The position numbers and the translations under genes were made by a program. DNA of 38,099 nucleotides from Gemmatimonadales bacterium (lineage in GTDB: Bacteria > Gemmatimonadota > Gemmatimonadetes > Gemmatimonadales > GWC2-71-9): the NCBI GenBank assembly GCA_041577295.1, contig JBFGJG010000043.1:1-38099 (forward strand). The letters run 5' to 3'. Under the pieces are notes generated by a model, which was not told the DNA's origin, did no database searches, and was given only the letters and a program-made list of their open reading frames with translations. This document shows positions 9,401 to 16,674 of the stretch, one piece after another. Every line of letters begins with the position of its first letter. Within the stretch, counting starts at the first letter, position 1.

Positions 9401-10048
9401 ATGTTGACATTGACGGGCGGTGTTCTAGTCATGTTGTCGAGTTCGCTTCCTGTCTGCATCGCTTTTTCGCCGAGCGGTGGGTTCGGCGTCACCGCCGATC
9501 CCAAGCTCGAAGCGCTCTACGAACAGGGACAGACTTACACGCAGTTTCGAGACACAGCGAAAAAACGGCGAGTTGCGTGGCGCGAGAATTACACAAACGC
9601 ACGAGTGCCTGAAGCGCTGCTGGCGCGAGTCGCCGCAGTACCCGGAGCGTGGCGACTACTGGTCGTCGCGGAAGATTGGTGCGGGGACTCTGCGAACACC
9701 ATTCCCTACGTTGCCAAACTCGTGGATCGTGCCTCCAACCTCGAGATGAGGATCATTCGGTCAAAGGCCGGACGCAAGATCATGGAAACGCACCGCACCC
9801 CCGATGGCCGTGCGGCGACACCAACCGTCCTGCTGCTCGACGCGGCGTTCGATGAGGTGGGGTGCTGGATCGAGCGACCGTTCGAGCTTCAGGAGTGGTT
9901 CTTAGCGTCCAGGCCAACACTCGAAGAGGATACGCTGCTGGAGCAGAAGTACGCGTGGTATGATGAGGATCAAGGGCAGCAAACGCTCGAGGAAATCGTT
10001 CGCATCATCGAAGCGGCTGCGGTTGGCGAACGGGTCTGTGGTGACTAG
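9401..10048 (+). CDS. Thioredoxin-fold protein (Thioredoxin_9-like, WCGD motif), probably exported
   Basis: LLVVAEDWCGDS, cis-Pro region ATPTV, GCWIERP and a hydrophobic N-terminus. Start could be 9401 or 9431. Confidence 0.8.
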   Translation: MLTLTGGVLVMLSSSLPVCIAFSPSGGFGVTADPKLEALYEQGQTYTQFRDTAKKRRVAWRENYTNARVPEALLARVAAVPGAWRLLVVAEDWCGDSANTIPYVAKLVDRASNLEMRIIRSKAGRKIMETHRTPDGRAATPTVLLLDAAFDEVGCWIERPFELQEWFLASRPTLEEDTLLEQKYAWYDEDQGQQTLEEIVRIIEAAAVGERVCGD

Positions 10049-11514
10049 CGGGTACCTACGCCGGCTGTCGCCATGTCAGGTGCCAATGGTAAGCTCACTC
10101 GAAACGTGGAGCCCTTACCTACCTCGCTCTCGACCATGATCTCCCCTCCGTGCGCGCGAACCACCGCGCGGGCGACGGCGAGACCGATTCCAGCTCCAAG
10201 CTTTCGATCCCTCTTGGTGAGTTGGTAATACTTTTCGAACACGTGAGGCAGGTCGTCGGCTGGGATCCCCCGCCCGGTATCGCTAACCTCGAAGCACCAT
10301 TGGTCCGGCTCCCCGCAAACGCGCAGCGTGACGCTCCCACCGACGTCGGTGAACTTGAAGGCATTATTCAACAGGTTGCCAAGCACCGACTGCACGATCC
10401 GATCTGAATCGATGCGTACCCTGATGGGCGCCGTGGCATCGCGGTCGACGTGAAAGTGAACCTTCTCATGACGGCTGACCGCGCTAAACGCGTGCTCGAT
10501 CGCCTGAAGGATCGAATCGAGTGTCACATCCTCGATGTCGAGTAAGACGACACCCGCCTCCAGCCGACTGAGATCCAACAGTTCGTTGACCATGTTCGCG
10601 AGGTTCTTCACCTGTGTCTGCATCGCGCGCAACATCTCGGCGCGATCGTCGGTGGGGTCCGCCGACAGTTCGTCCTCAATCAGTTGAGCATAAGCGCTGA
10701 TTACGTGCACCGGTGTCTTGAGTTCATGACTCGCCACACTCATGAATTCGGCTCGCATCCGCTCCAGCTCGGCCAGCTGTTCGGTCATCGATCGGAACGA
10801 GCGGCTGAGATCACCAAGCTCGTCCCGGCGGTGGTAGGGCAGGCGCGTCGGTGTCTCGAACTTTCCCTGAGCCACGAGGTTCATGGCGCGTCGCAGGCGC
10901 CGGATGGGGTCTGTCACCATACCGGTGGTCCACGCGCCGAGTGCGAGCGCCGCCACCATCGCGCCGAGCACTCCAGTCAGCACGGTCAACCGCGTGTTCG
11001 CACTGATCTCCCGGGCGCGCGCTGCGCTGCCCGCGCTCCGTCGGTCGATCTCGGCCGCGAGGGCCATCAGTAGCGTGTCCTGTTGCTCGAAGCGGTTTCG
11101 CAGTGCGCGGAACGCGTCAGTTGCTCGCCCGACCTGCCCAGCTTCCACGAGCCCCTCGATCTCGAACACCGCCAGTGCGATCGAGTCCGTACCGAGCGTG
11201 ATGACCTGCATGGCAGCGCCGTAACCCGCCCGCTGAATCGCCGCTCGGGCCTCCCGTACACGATCGACTGCATGGCGCACCGCCTGCCGTGCCGCCGAAT
11301 CCGGTGACGCGACGTACCGTCGCTCGTAGAGGTCAACATCCGCAAGCGCACTGCGGAGCCGGCCAAGAGCCAGCGACGCCGTGGCGTGCTCGCCCTGCAG
11401 CTCGAGCGCTATATCCGTTAGGTGCGAGAGGCGCTGGAGGCTGTAGATAGCCGGTCCCAGGAGCAGGAGCCCCATCGTGACCAAGGCAAGCACGAGCCGG
11501 GTCCGAAGCGACAT
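10045..11514 (-). CDS. Membrane sensor histidine kinase (TM-periplasmic-TM-HAMP-HisKA-HATPase), GlrK/QseE-like
   Basis: H-box SHELKTP, N-box NLLNNAFKFT, DTGRGI, GAGIGL and HAMP (DELGDLSRSFRSM). Start moved to ATG 11514 (MSLRTRLVLAL). Confidence 0.9.
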   Translation of the reverse strand: MSLRTRLVLALVTMGLLLLGPAIYSLQRLSHLTDIALELQGEHATASLALGRLRSALADVDLYERRYVASPDSAARQAVRHAVDRVREARAAIQRAGYGAAMQVITLGTDSIALAVFEIEGLVEAGQVGRATDAFRALRNRFEQQDTLLMALAAEIDRRSAGSAARAREISANTRLTVLTGVLGAMVAALALGAWTTGMVTDPIRRLRRAMNLVAQGKFETPTRLPYHRRDELGDLSRSFRSMTEQLAELERMRAEFMSVASHELKTPVHVISAYAQLIEDELSADPTDDRAEMLRAMQTQVKNLANMVNELLDLSRLEAGVVLLDIEDVTLDSILQAIEHAFSAVSRHEKVHFHVDRDATAPIRVRIDSDRIVQSVLGNLLNNAFKFTDVGGSVTLRVCGEPDQWCFEVSDTGRGIPADDLPHVFEKYYQLTKRDRKLGAGIGLAVARAVVRAHGGEIMVESEVGKGSTFRVSLPLAPDMATAGVGTR

Positions 11515-11530
11515 CAGTCGCGATCTACCG

Positions 11531-12286
11531 TCACGGGTCGAGCAGCTTCCGCAGCCGCTCGATTTCACGGCTCAGACTGTCCGCACGGGCGCGGAGCCGC
11601 GAGTGATCACCGAGCACCTGGAGGCGTGCGTGTTCGAGTTGCACGATTTGCGCGACCAGCGAGGGGGAAGGCGTCCGGGTCGTGACCTTCTTCAAAGGGC
11701 CTTCCAGTTCCTTGGCGTTGGCGGCGAGCGCGCACTCGTCACTCTGACGCGGTGCAGATTCCCGGCGCACCGCCATCTGTAGTGCCCCTGCCGGGCTGGC
11801 CGGCGGATCCGGGGCGCCGCTGGGTTGCGATCCCAGCGCCCTTGCCCACGTCTCCAAGGCCTCAGCCATGGCGCCAAGCCATGCTCTGTCACCGCGCGCT
11901 CCAAGGAAGACGGCGCTGAAGTACGCGGCGCGATCAAACTGCGGCCAGCTGTTGGCCGGATCCAGCTCGGCGGAAATGGCAATGAGCAGCGCTTCCCGAG
12001 TGGCTGCGGTACGGCCACAGGCCCGCCACAACACGCCTAGATGATGAAATATCGCGTCGCGATCACCTCGCTCGTACGCCTCCACACTCGCCTCGATCGG
12101 GCCCAGCGGTGCACGCACCGCCTTGGCGAGCGGCACCTCCACCTCCACCGGGGCTGGTTCCGGAGGTTGATCGGGCTCGGGCGGACGGGCGCACTGCGTA
12201 AGGAGCACAAGGCACACGCCGAACAGGTATCGCGCGGCGCGAGAAAGGCTTATGAATCGAGCAGGGACAGGGACTCGGATGTTCAG
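11531..12286 (-). CDS. Putative lipoprotein with C-terminal coiled coil (QseG/YfhG-like), co-oriented upstream of the kinase
   Basis: Hydrophobic stretch ending LLTQC, Pro-rich linker, helical body and C-terminal LRARADSLSREIERLRKLL. The start is uncertain because there is no ATG near the signal peptide; CTG 12286 follows an AAGGGA. The track start at 12484 abuts the divergent gene. Confidence 0.55.
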   Translation of the reverse strand: MNIRVPVPARFISLSRAARYLFGVCLVLLTQCARPPEPDQPPEPAPVEVEVPLAKAVRAPLGPIEASVEAYERGDRDAIFHHLGVLWRACGRTAATREALLIAISAELDPANSWPQFDRAAYFSAVFLGARGDRAWLGAMAEALETWARALGSQPSGAPDPPASPAGALQMAVRRESAPRQSDECALAANAKELEGPLKKVTTRTPSPSLVAQIVQLEHARLQVLGDHSRLRARADSLSREIERLRKLLDP

Positions 12287-12399
12287 AGTTTGGGATCCCT
12301 TCGGTACGAGAAGCAGGAGCCCCCGGGCGTGACCGTACCGGGCGCGCCCAGGAGCATGCCAAACCGTCGTAACCCTAGGGTCCCCGGGGGCCTGTGGGC

Positions 12400-12415
12400 T
12401 GTGACAGATCTCACT
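12400..12415. promoter_or_regulatory. CRP/FNR-family-like box
   Basis: TGTGA-cagatc-TCACT versus the CRP consensus TGTGA-N6-TCACA, in a divergent intergenic region. Confidence 0.5.
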
Positions 12416-12486
12416 CGGATCGCTGGACGCCGACGATCCTCCATGAGTGAGGCAATGGGGGAGGGAGCCAGGCGCCCGAAGCATCG

Positions 12487-13113
12487 ATGACCCAACTCAC
12501 ACCGTCGATCCTAGGCCAGGCGACTGATTGGCTGTCCGCGGCCGATCGTCAGCTAGCCCAGGTGGTGGCGAGCTTTGGCCCGCCGCCCTTGTGGGCACGG
12601 CGTCCCGGCTTCGCCACGCTGATCCGCATCGTCTTGGAGCAGCAGGTGTCATTGAGGTCGGCGCGGGCGGCGTATGCACGGTTACAAGGCGGTCTCGGTC
12701 GAGTGACCCCGGCGTCAGTCGCAGCGCGGTCCTTGCGAGACTTGCGGTCCCTGGGTCTCACGCAACAAAAGGCCGGATACTGCCTCGGCATCGCCCACGA
12801 TGTGCTCGAGGGCCGGCTGAATCTGTCAGCGGTTGCGCGGAGCGATGATCGGACTGCCAAAGAGCAACTGGTTGCCGTTCGCGGGGTCGGGCCGTGGACC
12901 GCGGATATCTATCTGTTGATGGCGCTTCGCCGCCCCGACGTGTGGCCAGCGTCGGATCTGGCGTTGGCTGAGGGGGTCAGGCGGCTGAAGCGACTCCGCC
13001 GTCGACCCTCCGACACGCAGCTCCAGGCGTTGGCGAGCGCTTGGTCCCCATGGCGTGCTGTGGCTGCCCGCATCGTGTGGCACTACTACCTCCAGGCGCG
13101 GCGGGCAAGTTGA
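12487..13113 (+). CDS. DNA-3-methyladenine glycosylase II (AlkA/HhH-GPD family)
   Basis: LIRIVLEQQVS, helix-hairpin-helix VRGVGPWTAD, RPDVWPASDL, WSPWR. Confidence 0.9.
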   Translation: MTQLTPSILGQATDWLSAADRQLAQVVASFGPPPLWARRPGFATLIRIVLEQQVSLRSARAAYARLQGGLGRVTPASVAARSLRDLRSLGLTQQKAGYCLGIAHDVLEGRLNLSAVARSDDRTAKEQLVAVRGVGPWTADIYLLMALRRPDVWPASDLALAEGVRRLKRLRRRPSDTQLQALASAWSPWRAVAARIVWHYYLQARRAS

Positions 13114-13120
13114 TCGGCGG

Positions 13121-13384
13121 TCAGCGCTCCGACCGGAGGTTGAGCAGACGACGCCGCGCCATGTCATGATCGGGATGAAGCTCGAGCCACCGCTCAAAGA
13201 TCGCGACTGCGGACTGCCGCTCGCCCAGGAACCAGAGGGCGTCAGCCAGGCTCTCGTGGGGGATGTACTCCTGTGGGAAGGCTTCGACATTTTTTCTGAA
13301 CAGCCGCACCGCGATTTCGTGCTGCTCGTTGCGATGTTGGCGCCAGCCGAGCGGCCGCTGGCTGATTGGGCTTTTTCGCGGCAT
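13121..13384 (-). CDS. Small TPR-repeat protein or TPR gene remnant
   Basis: LGW…AVRLFRKNVEAFP…HESLADALWFLGERQSAVAIFERWLELHPDH fits about two TPR motifs of the kind that usually end larger hydrolases. The N-terminus looks non-native. Confidence 0.5.
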   Translation of the reverse strand: MPRKSPISQRPLGWRQHRNEQHEIAVRLFRKNVEAFPQEYIPHESLADALWFLGERQSAVAIFERWLELHPDHDMARRRLLNLRSER

Positions 13385-13468
13385 CTTGACTACGCTGATG
13401 CTACGCGTCTCGGTTCGATCTGTGCACTCGCCCGCCACGAGGCGAACTGAGGTTGGGTTGTTGACCCG

Positions 13469-15499
13469 GTGAACGCGCTCGCCGTTGCTGCGACGCCGGA
13501 CTTCCTCGCCGAGGTGGTCGTCCTCCTAGTTGCCACGACCATCGTCGCATACGTGTGCCACCGGCTGGGTGTCATGCCGATTGTCAGCTTCCTGCTGACC
13601 GGTGCGCTAATCAGTCCCCACGCCCTGGGCCTCGTGCGCGATGAGGCGCTGATCGAAGCGGCAGCAGAGCTCGGTGTTGTGCTCCTCCTTTTCACGATCG
13701 GTCTCGAGTTCAGTCTCGAGAAGCTGGCCAGGATCAAGCGACTCATCTTCATCGGCGGCGGGCTTCAGGTGGGGCTCGTGATCGGCCTGGTGACCGGACT
13801 GCTCGCGTTGTTTCACGTCGACTGGCGGACCGGCGTCTTCACCGGTTTTCTCGTGGCGCTGTCGTCCACGGCCATCGTGATGAAGCTCCTAATGTCGCGG
13901 GGGGAAACCAATACGGTCGGCGGACAGGCGGCACTCGGCATTCTGATCTTCCAGGATCTGGCCGTCGTGGCGATGGTGCTGCTCGTACCGATGCTGGCTG
14001 GCGGCGGGACGTCGGGTTGGTCGGTTCCCATCGCACTCGGCAAGGCCATCCTCATTGTCGCGCTCGTGCTCGCCGTGGCGCGCCGGCTCATGCCACGAGT
14101 GCTCGAGGCGGTCGCGCGCACGTGCTCTCAAGAAATCTTTCTCCTGACCGTCGTCGCCATCTGTCTCGGAACGGCCTATCTGACGAGTCTAGCAGGTGTG
14201 AGCGTGTCGTTAGGGGCGTTTCTCGCAGGTCTCATCGTCAGTGAAAGTCGATTCAGTCACCTTGCGTTTGGAGAGATTCTTCCCCTCCAGATCCTGTTCA
14301 GTGCCACGTTTTTCGTGTCAGTGGGACTGCTGTTGGATCTGCGTTTCCTGGTGAGCCATCCCCTGTTGGTGCTCGCGGCCATCGGGGGGAGTGTCGTCAT
14401 CAAGATCGTCGCCACAGGTGTCAGTCTCAAGACGTTGGGAGTCGCCTCGGGTGCGACGGTGTTTACCAGCGTTCTCCTCGCGCAGGTTGGTGAGTTTTCC
14501 TTTGTGCTCGAGCGCTCGGGCCGAGAAGTAGGGCTCTACCCGGCAGGCATTGAGGCCGGTGGGCCGGAGGCATTTGTGGCCGCGACCGTTGTCATGATGA
14601 TTGCCACGCCACCCATTTCCCGGCTGTGCGAGAAGCTCCAGCAGCGGATGAGCCGTGATACGTCCATGCCACAGCGGGCCCACGTCTCCGCGTCCGAGGC
14701 AAGGGGCGGCGAGCATCCCGTTGCCTCGAAGGATCACGTGATCGTCGCTGGCTACGGCACCGCCGGCCGGGCGTTGGCGCTCGTTCTCGCTGAGCAGGGC
14801 ATACCCTACCTCGTGCTGACGTTGAGCCCAGAAGGAGCGCGTGACGCGGAGGCGAGAGGCCTGCACGTGCTGCGCGGCAATTATACCCGCCAGCACGAGC
14901 TGACACTTGCTGGCGCCCGCCAGGCAAGGCTGCTGGTGGTCGCCGACGATGACCTGGAAACTACACATCGAGTTGTTGCGGCGGCCACCGCGCTGAACCC
15001 AGCCCTACGGGTCCTCGCGCGCGCTCGGTTCGACAGCGAGACTGCCGGATTACGAAACGCGGGCGCTGCCGATGTTGCCGTGGACGAGCACGAAGGCGTC
15101 GTGCGCTTGCTCGATGTCATCTTCGACGCGTACCCGGCGGACGAAGCTACCAGAGAGCGATACCGAGATCGCTTACGTCAGAAACCCACCGACGAGTCAC
15201 CGACGCCGCGTGAGTCTGTTTACTTGAACCGACAGCAGCGCGCAAGTGAACGATGCGGTCACACGGACGGCGTGGACGGAGTGATGCCAGGCAGCACGGG
15301 ATGCGAAGATTGTCTACGGATCGGAGCTGATTGGGTGCACCTACGAGTCTGCATGACCTGTGGGCACGTCGGCTGCTGCGAAGCGTCGCGGCACCGGCAC
15401 GCCCAGAAGCATTTTCGGGATACGCGGCACCCAATTATCAAGTCCTTTGAGCGCGGAGAAGAGTGGGCCTGGTGTTACGAAGACAAGACGTACATCTAA
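13469..15499 (+). CDS. CPA2/Kef cation:proton antiporter with TrkA-N (KTN) domain and C-terminal UBP-type zinc finger
   Basis: ELGVVLLLFTIGLE, ALSSTAIV, GILIFQDL, LAQVGEFSFVL, Rossmann VIVAGYGTAG, then CEDC…WVHLRVCMTCGHVGCC…HAQKHF…HPII…WAWCY. Confidence 0.9.
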   Translation: MNALAVAATPDFLAEVVVLLVATTIVAYVCHRLGVMPIVSFLLTGALISPHALGLVRDEALIEAAAELGVVLLLFTIGLEFSLEKLARIKRLIFIGGGLQVGLVIGLVTGLLALFHVDWRTGVFTGFLVALSSTAIVMKLLMSRGETNTVGGQAALGILIFQDLAVVAMVLLVPMLAGGGTSGWSVPIALGKAILIVALVLAVARRLMPRVLEAVARTCSQEIFLLTVVAICLGTAYLTSLAGVSVSLGAFLAGLIVSESRFSHLAFGEILPLQILFSATFFVSVGLLLDLRFLVSHPLLVLAAIGGSVVIKIVATGVSLKTLGVASGATVFTSVLLAQVGEFSFVLERSGREVGLYPAGIEAGGPEAFVAATVVMMIATPPISRLCEKLQQRMSRDTSMPQRAHVSASEARGGEHPVASKDHVIVAGYGTAGRALALVLAEQGIPYLVLTLSPEGARDAEARGLHVLRGNYTRQHELTLAGARQARLLVVADDDLETTHRVVAAATALNPALRVLARARFDSETAGLRNAGAADVAVDEHEGVVRLLDVIFDAYPADEATRERYRDRLRQKPTDESPTPRESVYLNRQQRASERCGHTDGVDGVMPGSTGCEDCLRIGADWVHLRVCMTCGHVGCCEASRHRHAQKHFRDTRHPIIKSFERGEEWAWCYEDKTYI

Positions 15500-16626
15500 C
15501 TCGTCTGACAGCGTGTGGGCTGCTCACGGGCTTCCTGAGCACGGTATCGCTCCTCCAAGGACAGGAACCATCGTTTGTCTATCTTCACAACGTTACGGGC
15601 GTTGCCAACGCTGACGGTGACATTGCGACGGTCGAAGGGCAGACGGCGCGCGCGCTGGAGCGACTCGGCGCCTTACTCGCGGAGCACGGACTAGGGTATC
15701 AACACGTCGTCGCGGCAAATGTGTTTCTCGAGGACGCGCGAAACTTCCGAGCGATGAACGACGTGTATCGTCAGTACTTTCAGAACGATCCGCCCACCCG
15801 AGCGACCGTCGAGGTAGATCTTCCGGACCCCGATGCGCTGGTTCAGGTCAGCGTCATTGCCACTTCTGCCCCGACCCGCCGAATCGAACCACGAGGCTTG
15901 AAATCGCCGGAGCTACCATACTCGTGGGGAGTTGCGGTGGGTAACACCTTGTTCATTGCAGGGGTAACGAGCCGGAGTCCTGAGACGTATCAACCCATGA
16001 CCGGTGACGTTGCAACGCAAACGCGGCGCGTCTTCGGAAACATTGGTCTCGTGCTCGAGGAAGCGGAGATGGACTTTGGCGACCTCGTGAGCTGCCGCGT
16101 GTTTTTGGAAGATGCACGCCGCTTCTCCGAAATGAACGAGGCGTATCGGGCGTTCGTGCCGGCCGCAGACCCTCCGGCTCGCGCCACGGTTCAGGCGGGA
16201 TTGATGCATCCCGCCTTTGAGGTCGAGATCCAGTGTATCGCCGAGCAGAGTGCCGCACGTCGGGTGGTAATTGGCGAGGGCCGCCAGCGCTCGAGGTCTC
16301 CGTTTTCGCCCGCAATCGCAACGGGCGGCAGGCTTCATCTCGCGGGCATGGTTGGCAGCGGGCCCACAGGGGTCCCAGCCGATGTTCGGGATCAGACGAG
16401 GAACGCCCTCGAAAACCTCCGCGCGACTTTGCACGCGGAGAGCCTGAGCTTCGCTGACGTGGTTGACACGTGGGTCTACGTGACGGACATCCGCCAGTGG
16501 GAGACGGTACGTGACGTGATTGCGGAGGTGCTCCCCGCGAATCTGTTGCACGGGACGGTGATCGGCACACCGCTCATGGGGAGCGGGTTGCTGGTCGAGG
16601 TTCAGATGACGGCGGAGAGACCGTGA
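15463..16626 (+). CDS. Rid (YjgF/YER057c/UK114) family protein with three tandem domains and a probable signal peptide
   Basis: Three repeats of QT..al.n…v…Vfl.D. PPTRATV in domain 1, PPARATV in domain 2, LLHGTVI in domain 3. The start is uncertain and overlaps the antiporter end. Confidence 0.85.
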   Translation: MGLVLRRQDVHLTRLTACGLLTGFLSTVSLLQGQEPSFVYLHNVTGVANADGDIATVEGQTARALERLGALLAEHGLGYQHVVAANVFLEDARNFRAMNDVYRQYFQNDPPTRATVEVDLPDPDALVQVSVIATSAPTRRIEPRGLKSPELPYSWGVAVGNTLFIAGVTSRSPETYQPMTGDVATQTRRVFGNIGLVLEEAEMDFGDLVSCRVFLEDARRFSEMNEAYRAFVPAADPPARATVQAGLMHPAFEVEIQCIAEQSAARRVVIGEGRQRSRSPFSPAIATGGRLHLAGMVGSGPTGVPADVRDQTRNALENLRATLHAESLSFADVVDTWVYVTDIRQWETVRDVIAEVLPANLLHGTVIGTPLMGSGLLVEVQMTAERP

Positions 16627-16639
16627 GGAGTGGAGAAGA

Positions 16640-16668
16640 GGGAGTGAGAAGTCCCACCTCCCACTCCC
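16640..16668. terminator. Imperfect hairpin between convergent genes
   Basis: gggagtg…cactccc stem with an imperfect inner stem and no U-tract. Confidence 0.3.
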
Positions 16669-16674
16669 CCCCGG

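Noticed and set aside
12345..12362. sigma54 promoter on the minus strand (TTGGCATGctcctggGC) for the lipoprotein/kinase pair
   Set aside because: GG-to-GC spacing is 11 rather than the required 10.
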